DNA from: Alphaproteobacteria bacterium
GTDB lineage: Bacteria > Pseudomonadota > Alphaproteobacteria > SHVZ01
DNA length: 64,000 nucleotides
Reading direction: 5' to 3'
NCBI GenBank assembly: GCA_044223515.1
Contig: JBGALV010000003.1
Location: 37,821 to 101,820 of the forward strand
How positions within the stretch are numbered: the stretch's first letter is position 1; each line of letters opens with the position of its first letter. Position numbers and translations under genes: made by a program. Below, piece after piece: positions 39,078 to 48,007 of this stretch. The notes below the pieces were generated by a model that saw only the letters and a program-made list of their open reading frames with translations, had not been told where the DNA came from and did not search any database.

Positions 39078-40498
39078 GGCGTCGTGCGGCACGTCTGCTC
39101 GTGGGGACAGGGCTCGGCCGGGCAGGACTGGCGACAGCCATTGTAGCGCCGGAACACCGGCCTCAGCGGCTCGCCGTCGAGATAGCGCTCGTAGCCGTGC
39201 TCGAGCGCCAGCTTGTAGACTTGGCACGACGCGTCGAAGGCTTGCTCGGTCCGGTCCATGTCGGCGTCGGTGTGCGCGAAGCAGGGCAGGAACAGGCCCT
39301 GGAACAGGACGCCGCGGCCGATCATCTCCTGCATCAGCAGCGTGCGGTGGCCGAGCGAGACCGAGCCCTTGGCGTCCTTGCAGACGAAGACGATGCGCCA
39401 ATGCGAGGCGAAGGCCTGGATCGCATCCCCGAGGCCGTGGCGGTCGATCGTCGACTTGAACGACGCAGCCATCCGAGCGACCAGGCGGTGGTGATGGCCG
39501 AGAACGTCGTGCCGGCGATACTCTTCGAGGACCGCGAGGCCGGCCGACAGCGCATGCGCCTCGCCGCCATGGGTGGTGGAGATCAGGAAGACGCGCGGCC
39601 GCTCTGTCTGCTTGAGGCCGCCGAGGTCCATGACGTCGGCGCGGCCGGTGAGCGCGCAGAAGGAGAAGCCGTTGCCGGCGCCCTTGCCCCAGGTCACCAG
39701 GTCCGGCGTGAGACCTAGGCGCGGATACGCACCGGGGAAGCTCGAGCGGAAGCCGGAGACCATCTCGTCGAGGATGAGAAGGGCGCCGTCCTTGCGCGCC
39801 AGCCTCTCGATCTCGCGGATGTACTCGGGAGAGGTCGGGAACAGCTCCTCGGTCTCGGTGATGACCGCGGCGATTTTGCCAGGATGCTGCTTGAACAGCG
39901 CCGCCAGCGTGTCGGGCTTCGTGGAGTCGTACGTCAACGACATCGCCATCGTGCCCGTGGGCACGCCGGAGGCGGTCTTGCCGCGGCCGATGTACCAATC
40001 GTCGTAGCTGTAGAAAGGGTGGTTGAAGGGGAAGGCCACGAGATCGCGGCCGGTGAAGGCACGCGCGAGCTTCACCGCGGCAGTGGTGACGGTCGAGCCG
40101 TTCTTCGCGAACTTGACGCGCTCGGCACCCGGTATGACGGCCTTCAGTGCGTGGGCGAGCTCGAGCTCGACCGTTGCCGGACGCTGGAAGTTGACGCCGA
40201 GCTCGAGTTGCGCGCGGACCGCCGCGAGGACCGGCTCGTACGCATGGCCGAGGCTGATCGAGCCGAGGCCGAGAGCGACGTCGACATACTCGTTGTCGTC
40301 GGGATCCCAGACCCGCCCGCCCTTGCCGCGGGCGATCGCCGCCGGCGAGCGGATCGGGAACTGATCGTCGCCCTTGGAATAGGTGTGCGCGCCGCCGGCT
40401 ATCGCCTCGTGGACCTGGGCGCGATAGGCGTCCGACCGCGTGAAGCGCGTGATCGTCCGGGGCGGGATGTGGTTCGGCAGCGGGGCGATGTCGTTCAT
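39074..40498 (-). CDS. Class III PLP aminotransferase (GSA-aminomutase-like, sugar-cluster type)
   Basis: GGAHTYSKGDDQ, FAKNGS, DEMVSGFR, WGKG..NG, STTHGGE. Confidence 0.88.
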   Translation of the reverse strand: MNDIAPLPNHIPPRTITRFTRSDAYRAQVHEAIAGGAHTYSKGDDQFPIRSPAAIARGKGGRVWDPDDNEYVDVALGLGSISLGHAYEPVLAAVRAQLELGVNFQRPATVELELAHALKAVIPGAERVKFAKNGSTVTTAAVKLARAFTGRDLVAFPFNHPFYSYDDWYIGRGKTASGVPTGTMAMSLTYDSTKPDTLAALFKQHPGKIAAVITETEELFPTSPEYIREIERLARKDGALLILDEMVSGFRSSFPGAYPRLGLTPDLVTWGKGAGNGFSFCALTGRADVMDLGGLKQTERPRVFLISTTHGGEAHALSAGLAVLEEYRRHDVLGHHHRLVARMAASFKSTIDRHGLGDAIQAFASHWRIVFVCKDAKGSVSLGHRTLLMQEMIGRGVLFQGLFLPCFAHTDADMDRTEQAFDASCQVYKLALEHGYERYLDGEPLRPVFRRYNGCRQSCPAEPCPHEQTCRTTP

Positions 40499-40508
40499 GA
40501 TCTCGATC

Positions 40509-42200
40509 TCAGCCGGCGGACGGCGACGTCACAAGATAGTCGCCGAGGACGAGGTAGGGGAGGTCGCTCGCACGGAACGCGCGCATGGCGTCCGCGGCGG
40601 TGCAGACGATCGGTTCCTCGTGCATGTTGAAGCTCGTGTTGATCACCGAGGCTCGGCCGGTCCGGCGCCGGTAGGCGGTGAGGATCTTGTGGAAGGCCGG
40701 ATAGCTGACCGGATCCACGACCTGCGGGCGCGCCGTGCCGTCGACATGGACCGCGGCCGGCGCTTCGTCCTGCATCACCTTGGTGCAGGCGAAGGTGATC
40801 GCCATGAACTTTGCGGTCTCGCGTGCCTTCTCGAGGCCGATGTAGCGCTCGGCCGCGGCCTCGGCCAGGGTCGCCGGCGCGAACGGCATGAACTCGGAGC
40901 GCTTGAGGCGGCGGTTGAGCCAGTCGTTCACGCCCGGATCGGACCCGTGATAGAGGATGCTGCGATTGCCGAGCGCGCGAGGTCCGTACTCCATAGCCCC
41001 GGCGCAGCGCGCGACGACGTGGCTGGACGCGAGCAGCTCGGCGACCTTGTCCTCCATGTCGGCCGGGCGTGTGTAGGCAAGGCCGCTGCCTTTGAGCTCC
41101 TGCAGCACCTCGTCCTCGGTCGGCGCCGGCCCGAGCAGGGCCGTCTCGAAGCGCTGGGGCGTGGTGCCGACGCGTTGCAGATGGCTGAGCCAGGCGGCCC
41201 CCGCTGCGAGCCCGCCGTCGCCCATGTTGGGGAAGACGTAGACGTCGGAGACGTTCGGCCGTTCGGCAATCCGCTGGTTGAGCTTCACGTTGGCGAAGAC
41301 GCCGCCGGCCACCATGAGGCGATGCGCGCCGGGGCCGAAGTCGTCGATCAGTTCGGCCACGACCTGCTCGAGACTCTGCTGTGTCCCGGCGGCGATGTCC
41401 TCGCGCGGCAGGCGGGCGACCAGGGCCGCCAGCAGCGGGTTCTCCATGCGAGGCACGTAGAGCCCGCGCTCCATGCGGCCGAGGAAGCGGAAGCGGCCGG
41501 GATCGTAATCGATCATCGAGCGCAGCTCGCGGAAGGACTGCGGCTGCTGGCAGTAGGCGGCGAGGCCGAGGACCTTCCCTTCGTGGCGATGCGGAATGAA
41601 GCCGAGCGCCTTGGTGACCGCGCCGTAGAAGTACCCCAGCGAGTCGAAGGTGTTGGAAAAGGCGACGCGCTCCATGCGGGCACCATCGGTCTTCCACACC
41701 GTGCCGGAGCCGTCCTCGCCCCAGCCGTCCAGGGTCACGATCCGGCCGTCCCCGGCGCCGCGTCCGATCAGGGCGGTCGCGGCATGGGATTCGTGGTGGC
41801 CGTGGACGTCGACGGGCCGGCCGAGCGCCCGAACCTCGGCGAGATAGCCGGGCGTCCGCTCGGCCAGGACTCGCCGCTCGTGCCCCTCGCGCTCGGCCAG
41901 CCTCTTGAGCTGGCCCTCCTCCAGGTCGGCGGGAAGGCCTGCCGCGCGGATCGCCCGTTCCTTCTCACGGTAGGGTTCGGACGGAGGTGCCGGCGGCGCC
42001 GCGCCATGGGTCGCCACCACGTCGACCTGGTCTAGGGTGATCCCGGCCATCGACAGGACCTTGGCGACTGCGCCGTGCGGGATGCCGTTCCACTGCTTGA
42101 CGCGGTTGAGCCGCTCCTCGGCGATGGCCGCAACCAGCCGCCCGTCGCGAAGCACCACGGCCGACGCGTCGCTGAGGAAGGAGACGCCGAGGATGATCAT
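40509..42200 (-). CDS. O-carbamoyltransferase (NodU/CmcH family)
   Basis: EERLNR.K, HHESHA, DGWGE, EGKVLGLAAY, GPRALGNRS, NTSFNMHEEP. Confidence 0.92.
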   Translation of the reverse strand: MIILGVSFLSDASAVVLRDGRLVAAIAEERLNRVKQWNGIPHGAVAKVLSMAGITLDQVDVVATHGAAPPAPPSEPYREKERAIRAAGLPADLEEGQLKRLAEREGHERRVLAERTPGYLAEVRALGRPVDVHGHHESHAATALIGRGAGDGRIVTLDGWGEDGSGTVWKTDGARMERVAFSNTFDSLGYFYGAVTKALGFIPHRHEGKVLGLAAYCQQPQSFRELRSMIDYDPGRFRFLGRMERGLYVPRMENPLLAALVARLPREDIAAGTQQSLEQVVAELIDDFGPGAHRLMVAGGVFANVKLNQRIAERPNVSDVYVFPNMGDGGLAAGAAWLSHLQRVGTTPQRFETALLGPAPTEDEVLQELKGSGLAYTRPADMEDKVAELLASSHVVARCAGAMEYGPRALGNRSILYHGSDPGVNDWLNRRLKRSEFMPFAPATLAEAAAERYIGLEKARETAKFMAITFACTKVMQDEAPAAVHVDGTARPQVVDPVSYPAFHKILTAYRRRTGRASVINTSFNMHEEPIVCTAADAMRAFRASDLPYLVLGDYLVTSPSAG

Positions 42201-43072
42201 GCGCGGCCCGCTCCGGTACGAGCCTGCTCAGCCAGCGCCCCGATCACGGCGTCGAAATCGGGCAGCCGCCGGCCGAGGGCGGCCTCGGCCTTGGCGACGT
42301 CGAGACCGGCGCTTTCGGCGCGCGGCACCGCAAGGGATCTGACCGATCCGGTGCGCAAGTGATGGCTCGGAAGGCCCAGTCGGTCGGCAAGAGCGACCAC
42401 GAAACGACGCTTCGACGCGACCTCACGGCAGGCGACATTGAACAACCCAGTGACTCCCCGCTCCATCATCTCGATCACGGCCAGTGCCAGGCTGCCCGAG
42501 TCGATGGTGGAGCAATAATAATCATCGAAGAGCTCGATCGCCGCGCCGGTTCGCAGGATTTCGCATGCCCACTCGACGAAGGTGGGCTGGCCGGCCCATC
42601 CGCGGAAGCCCGTGACGTTGGTCCGGATGGCGAGGCACCGCCGCCAGGTGAGTGCCAACCGCTCGCCAGCGTACTTGCCCACGGCATAGTCGTTTAGCAG
42701 CCGGACCTCGGCAAGCTCGTCATGCGTCGCGGCCCCGTCGCCGGTGAAATAGTGATCCGTGCCGATGGCGACAAGGACGGCGTCGCCGACGCGGCAAAGC
42801 TCTGCCAGGCGCGCGTTGAGACGCGCATTGATCCGGAAGGCCGCACCCGGATCCCTGGCGCAGGCGTCGAGGGAGCCATAGCTGGTGCAGTTGATCACGG
42901 CATCGGGCCGGAGATCCTCGATCGACCGGGCCAGGGCATCGTCGTCGGCCGCATCGATCGCGAGCGCGGCGCCGCGGCGGGCGGTCGCGGTCATCCTGTG
43001 GCCTCGCGCGGTACCCGCCGTCACGAACGCCTGTCCCACCAGACCGGTGGCGCCGAGGACGAGGCAATGCAC
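42197..43072 (-). CDS. RmlD-like NAD(P)-dependent sugar-nucleotide reductase (SDR)
   Basis: GATGLVG, TDHYF, YAVGK (YxxxK) and IRTN. Confidence 0.85.
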   Translation of the reverse strand: MHCLVLGATGLVGQAFVTAGTARGHRMTATARRGAALAIDAADDDALARSIEDLRPDAVINCTSYGSLDACARDPGAAFRINARLNARLAELCRVGDAVLVAIGTDHYFTGDGAATHDELAEVRLLNDYAVGKYAGERLALTWRRCLAIRTNVTGFRGWAGQPTFVEWACEILRTGAAIELFDDYYCSTIDSGSLALAVIEMMERGVTGLFNVACREVASKRRFVVALADRLGLPSHHLRTGSVRSLAVPRAESAGLDVAKAEAALGRRLPDFDAVIGALAEQARTGAGRA

Positions 43073-43076
43073 GACG

Positions 43077-43841
43077 TCAGAAACCCTGGGCGCGATCGCG
43101 CGCCAGCGACTTGATCAGCCCTTCATTGCGGACGATGCCGCCATTGATGCGCCGAAGCTCCGGCGATCGGTCGATGGCTGCGAGCACCTCGGTCAGGCGC
43201 GGCGGGCGGTCGCCGTTCAGGCCGGGTGCGACGGCGCCGAGGAGCGCGAGATCCTCGGGCGTGTCCAAGGTCCATCGTTCGTGGCTGAGGTCGCCTTTAG
43301 GGCAAGAGATGTTGGTGCGGCGAAAGCCGTTCTTCGGGTCGCGGATGTAGAGGGTGACGTGCTCGCGTTCGCTCGGCCGCCTGGCCTCGGATGCGGCTTG
43401 GTCGAGCGCCTTCCGGGTGAAAGCTTCGCAGTCGAGGCCATCGGGATAGGTCGGCGGGTCGTTGTTGCACGCATAGTCGACGTCGCCGGCCGAGACGGCG
43501 GCCACGACCTTCCCGGCTTCGAACGGATCGAGGAACGGGCAGTCGGCCGTGACGCGGACGACCAGGTCGGCGTTGCCGAGCCGGGCGGCGCCGGCGAAGC
43601 GGCCGAGAACATCGTCCTCGTCTCCGCGGAAGATCGGCACGCCGGACCGGGCGCCCCAGGCCGCGACGGCATCATCGTCGGCGCCGGTCGAGGTGGCAAC
43701 GATCGTCGCGTCGACCCCCGGGATGGCACGGGCCGCGTCGGCGACCCATTGGAGCACCGGCTTGCCGCCCAGGTCGGCCAGAACCTTGCCCGGAAGCCGG
43801 GTCGAGCGCATGCGGGCCTGGATGATGGCGACGGTGGTCAT
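43077..43841 (-). CDS. spsF: SpsF-type cytidylyltransferase (probable CMP-nonulosonate synthetase)
   Basis: IIQARM.STRLPGKVL, G.E.DVL.RF, RVTADCP, REHVT, WTLDTPED. Confidence 0.9.
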   Translation of the reverse strand: MTTVAIIQARMRSTRLPGKVLADLGGKPVLQWVADAARAIPGVDATIVATSTGADDDAVAAWGARSGVPIFRGDEDDVLGRFAGAARLGNADLVVRVTADCPFLDPFEAGKVVAAVSAGDVDYACNNDPPTYPDGLDCEAFTRKALDQAASEARRPSEREHVTLYIRDPKNGFRRTNISCPKGDLSHERWTLDTPEDLALLGAVAPGLNGDRPPRLTEVLAAIDRSPELRRINGGIVRNEGLIKSLARDRAQGF

Positions 43842-43893
43842 CGGAACGGGTGAGATTTAGCAGCCCTGTATCGGCGGTGGAAGCAGCCCGCCG

Positions 43894-45051
43894 TCAGGAA
43901 AGGCAGTCGCCGATGACGTCGCGCAGGAGTCCCGCGTAGGTCTCCGGCGAGAAGCGCTCCGCCGCCATCGACTGCAGCGTCGCGACCTCACGGCGAAGCT
44001 CCCCCTCGGGCGCGGCCAGCACGTCGGTCACTGCGATCTCGATCTCCTCCGGAGTGCAGCCGTCCAGGATCCGCCCGCACCCGGGCGGCAGATCGATGCC
44101 GGAGGTCCGGCTCACCACGGGATAGAGGCCGACCCTCAGGCAGTGTGCGACCGAACCCGCCATGCCCTCGGATGCGCTCGGATGCAGAACCGCGACGCTG
44201 CGCCGGAAGACCTCGGCGAGCGCCGGATCATTTCCGTGGAGAAAGCCGTGGTAGCGGATACGGGGATGGCCGCTCAGCTCCGCGTGATAGATGTTGCGGA
44301 AGTCCTCTTCTCCGTCGAGCGAACCGACGACATGCAGCGTCGGCAGATCCCTGGTCGAGAAGAGATCGAGAAGGAGATCGAGCCCCTTCAGCACGGCGCC
44401 GCTCGCCGAGAACCAGACGAACTCCCGCTCCGCCGGCACGAGCATGTCGCCGGATTTGACGAATCCCACATTGGCCGCCGACACGTCGAACAGCCGCATC
44501 TTCGAATGCCAGCGCCGCGGATAGGTGTTGAGCGTGACGGAGTTTCCGACAAGGACGCAATGGTCCGAACGCTCGATGGCCTCGAGCTCGGCATCGACAT
44601 GCTCGCGTTGACGCTTCGGCTCGTAGACGCAGTCCCGTCGCTGCTCGAGCGCGCGGATGCGCTCGAGCTCGCGCGCGTTCTGGACGCGAGGATGGGATCC
44701 CGTCAGCCAGGTGATGCGGACCGCGTTCGGGGCGAGCGCCGCCTCCACCATCAGGAGCTGGAAGTGAAGCGTCAGCGATGCGTGATAAGGGCCGCCGCCC
44801 GCCGGGAGCGGTGCCCCCAGGTCGATCACGTCGACGTCGAAGCCGAGGTCCAGAAAAGCGCGACAGGTCTCCCGCGATTCCCAGAAGATGCTGTGGGCAT
44901 GCATCAGCCGCGCATCGTCGTCCGCCCGGGCCGCGTCGCGGGAGATCGCCACGATGGCCGTTCCGCGGGCCGCACCGCCCTCGATCCGTAGGCTGGTCCG
45001 GTCCGGTCCCTCGAGGATCGAGTAGGCTGTTCCTCGCGACGTCAGTCGCAT
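43894..45051 (-). CDS. GT4-like glycosyltransferase
   Basis: WES, LTGSHP..QN..E, GAVLKGLD, PSASEG; paralog of the 11192-13081 C-terminal half. Start uncertain. Confidence 0.8.
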   Translation of the reverse strand: MRLTSRGTAYSILEGPDRTSLRIEGGAARGTAIVAISRDAARADDDARLMHAHSIFWESRETCRAFLDLGFDVDVIDLGAPLPAGGGPYHASLTLHFQLLMVEAALAPNAVRITWLTGSHPRVQNARELERIRALEQRRDCVYEPKRQREHVDAELEAIERSDHCVLVGNSVTLNTYPRRWHSKMRLFDVSAANVGFVKSGDMLVPAEREFVWFSASGAVLKGLDLLLDLFSTRDLPTLHVVGSLDGEEDFRNIYHAELSGHPRIRYHGFLHGNDPALAEVFRRSVAVLHPSASEGMAGSVAHCLRVGLYPVVSRTSGIDLPPGCGRILDGCTPEEIEIAVTDVLAAPEGELRREVATLQSMAAERFSPETYAGLLRDVIGDCLS

Positions 45052-45152
45052 AGCGGGTCCGAAGGGTTGGGAGGGTCTCCAGTGTGCCAAGCGGCGGCGT
45101 CCCGGAACAAGCATCCAAAGAAAGGGCACCGGAAATGCGATATTATCGCGCC

Positions 45153-45941
45153 ATGATGAAACACGGTGCCTCCAAGCTCCTGGTCTGCATTTTTCTCGCG
45201 CTCTGTGCCCTTCCGGCCGAGGCGCAGATCTCGACCGGGGTGTGGTGGAGCAGCAGCCAGCCGGGGCGCGGGTACATCGTCGAGGTCAGCGGGTCTCGGG
45301 CGCTGATCGGCGTGCTCGGATATCGTTCCGGGGGGACGTCGGCCTGGTACTCTTCCGTCGGGTCGCTCTTTTCGTCGAGCGTGTTCTCGGGCGATTTGTA
45401 CGAGTACGCGGGTGGCCAGACGCTGTCGGGTGCCACGCGCGCGCCGACCTCGACGGTTGCCGTGGGAACCCTGTCCTTCACGACGACCTCGGCCACCGAC
45501 GCTTCTATCATTCTTCCGGGAGCCCAGTCGCTCACGCTGAGTCGCTACGAGTTCGTCGGCGGTGGCGTGACGATCGGGCGTCCTTCGGGAGCCCCCGAAA
45601 CGGGGTGGTGGTGGAATGCGAGCGAGCCCGGCCGGGGCTACTTCATGGAGGTGCAGGGCAACCAGCTCTTCATGCTTCTGATGATGTACGAGAGCGACGG
45701 CACCAGCCGCTGGTACACGGCGACGGGCAGCCTGCTCTTCGGTCCCTTCGGGCTACGGCCAACGATGACGGCGACGCTCGAGGAGTACGGTGGCGGGCCG
45801 ACGCTGGCGGGGGCCTACACGACCCCGTCCCGAACCGCGACCCCCGGGCAGATCACGGCCTCGTTTTCGAGCGCGACGGCGGGCTCGATCATCCTGCCCA
45901 ACGGCTCGACCGTGGCGCTCACCCGGTTCGCCGGGTTCTGA
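45153..45941 (+). CDS. Secreted protein with two internal TGxWWxxxxPGRG repeats
   Basis: Signal peptide ending AEA; two similar halves beginning TGVWWSSSQPGRGYIVEV and TGWWWNASEPGRGYFMEV; Ser/Thr/Gly-rich. Confidence 0.82.
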   Translation: MMKHGASKLLVCIFLALCALPAEAQISTGVWWSSSQPGRGYIVEVSGSRALIGVLGYRSGGTSAWYSSVGSLFSSSVFSGDLYEYAGGQTLSGATRAPTSTVAVGTLSFTTTSATDASIILPGAQSLTLSRYEFVGGGVTIGRPSGAPETGWWWNASEPGRGYFMEVQGNQLFMLLMMYESDGTSRWYTATGSLLFGPFGLRPTMTATLEEYGGGPTLAGAYTTPSRTATPGQITASFSSATAGSIILPNGSTVALTRFAGF

Positions 45942-45951
45942 GCGCGGCCTG

Positions 45952-47685
45952 GTGACGGTGACTTCCGGTCGCGAGACGGTGCAGGCGCAGCTGGCGTCGG
46001 CTTGGGCGGACTTCGCTCAGGGGCGCGTCACCGAGGCGGAGGCGGCGCTTCGCCGCCTGGCCGCGGACGAGCCGCGGCTCGGGACCTCGTTCCATCTTCT
46101 CGCGGCGATACGATGGCAGCGCGATGCGGCGAGCGCGGAGACGTGGCTCCGCAGGGCTCTGGCGCTCGACCCACGCGACGTGTCCGTCCTCAATTCCCTG
46201 GCGGCGACACTGAAATCCACCGGGCGGGCGATCGCGGGCCTCCGCTGGCTGCGGGTGGCGGCGGCGGTGCAGCCGGGTGATCCGGCGACGCTGGCCAATC
46301 TGGCAGGCATGCCGGACGTTGCGGCCTTGGCGTGGTGTCGGCGGGCGCTCCTGCTCAATCCCGGAAATGTCGACCTGTTCCTGGAGCGTCATGCTCAGCT
46401 GCTGACCAGGGGACGGGCACCCGAGGCGGCGGCGCTTCTCGGCGCTACGGTGGCCACCCCGGATCATCGCCTCCAGGCAGCGCGGATCTGTACGGCTTAC
46501 TTGCTCGAAGAGTCCGGGCCGGAACAGATTCTCGATCTGGTGCGGACCTTCGGCGAACACTTCGCCCGACCGCTGGGAGTCGGCCAGGCGCCACGCGTCC
46601 ATCGCCGGCGCCGCAAGCTTCGCATCGGCTATGTCGAGGGCGACTCCTTTCGACTCCATACAGCCGCTTTTACGCTGCTGCCGACGATCGAGCATCATGA
46701 TCGCGAGTCCGTGGAGGTCTTCTGCTATTCGGACGTGCCCGCTTCGCGGCAGGATGCGATCACCGAGCGCTTCGCTGCCGCATCGACCGGCTTCCGGCAT
46801 ACCGAGAGTCTGGACGACTCGGCCTTTGCCGCGGCGATCGCCGCCGACGAGATCGACGTCGTCATCGACAGCCTGGGATATCCGCATGGATCCCGTCTGC
46901 TGGCTCTGGCTCGCCGCCCCGCGCCGCTGCGGATCGCCTGGCCCCCGATGGGAAGCATTGGCTCGGAGATGATCGACGCCGTGCTCGGCGATCAATGGAT
47001 CATCCCCGAAGGCGCAGAGCGATGGTTCGACGAGAAGGTCGTCCGTCTGCCATTCTCCTACGGCTATGATCCATTGGTTCCGACGCCCGATCCCCCGCCG
47101 AGATCGTCAGGCGACATCAAGTTCGGAAGCTTCAATCAGTTGGCGAAGCTGTCGGCCAAGACCATCCGGCTGTGGGCCCGCATACTGAGGTTGGTCCCCG
47201 ATGCTCGCTTGGTCCTCAAGGCCCTCGGATTGACGACGGAAGAGATCGCCAAAGAGCTTCTGTCTCGGTTCGAGCGCGCAGGAATCGATCCCGATCGTAT
47301 CGAGTTTCGCTTGCCCGTCCCGGGTTTTGAAGAGCACCTTGCGAGCTATGCCGACATCGACATCGCCCTTGACCCGACGCCTTATGGAGGCGTGATCACG
47401 ACACTGGAGGCGATGTGGATGGGCGTGCCGGTGGTGACGTTGGCCGGAGAGCGGATCCTTGGACGGTATGGTCTCGCGTTCGTCAGCGCCGTCGGTGCTC
47501 CGGAGCTCGGCGCTTCCGATGAGGACGGCTACGTCGCTGCGGCTGTCGATCTGGCCGCCGACGCGGAACGACGGGCCGAGCTGCGCCGCAGCCTTCGCAA
47601 GCGAATGAGGGCATCTCCCCTGGGCAACGCTCGAGGTCTCGCGGCGGCCGTGGAGACGGCAATTCACCAGCTGATCGAACGCTGA
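45952..47685 (+). CDS. TPR + GT41 glycosyltransferase
   Basis: RIGYVEGDSFRLHT, FGSFNQLAKL, DPTPYGGVITTLEAMWMGVPV; start GTG 45952 or 45958. Confidence 0.88.
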   Translation: MTVTSGRETVQAQLASAWADFAQGRVTEAEAALRRLAADEPRLGTSFHLLAAIRWQRDAASAETWLRRALALDPRDVSVLNSLAATLKSTGRAIAGLRWLRVAAAVQPGDPATLANLAGMPDVAALAWCRRALLLNPGNVDLFLERHAQLLTRGRAPEAAALLGATVATPDHRLQAARICTAYLLEESGPEQILDLVRTFGEHFARPLGVGQAPRVHRRRRKLRIGYVEGDSFRLHTAAFTLLPTIEHHDRESVEVFCYSDVPASRQDAITERFAAASTGFRHTESLDDSAFAAAIAADEIDVVIDSLGYPHGSRLLALARRPAPLRIAWPPMGSIGSEMIDAVLGDQWIIPEGAERWFDEKVVRLPFSYGYDPLVPTPDPPPRSSGDIKFGSFNQLAKLSAKTIRLWARILRLVPDARLVLKALGLTTEEIAKELLSRFERAGIDPDRIEFRLPVPGFEEHLASYADIDIALDPTPYGGVITTLEAMWMGVPVVTLAGERILGRYGLAFVSAVGAPELGASDEDGYVAAAVDLAADAERRAELRRSLRKRMRASPLGNARGLAAAVETAIHQLIER

Positions 47686-48007
47686 CGCCGATCAAGCGGA
47701 ACATCCGGCGTCAGGCCCGCAAGGGCAGGTGCGCCGCATGTGCCGCGTCCAGCGTTTCCCAATGGCAGTCGTTCAGGATCGCGCCGCTCTTGCGCCCCCA
47801 CAGGAGAACCTGCCGCGCGAATTCGTACGGATCGCGAGATGTGACTTTTGCCGTCGCTGTCGCGAGCTGACTTTGCGGTGCTAGACGGATCGGATGGTTG
47901 CCGAACAGGCGATCCATGTACTCGGGAACCGCATGCGAGCGTCGCCTCTGTGCGACGGCCGTGCCATGGCCGCCAGCATCGAGAACGCCGTTCGCGGCGC
48001 GATGCCG

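Noticed and set aside
39074-40498. hemL (tetrapyrrole synthesis)
   Set aside because: Sequence subtype and coupling to pseG and the carbamoyltransferase point to a sugar-pathway aminotransferase.
47711-47917. 68-aa minus-strand ORF in an intergenic gap
   Set aside because: No clear RBS or motif; possibly a gene remnant, but unsupported.
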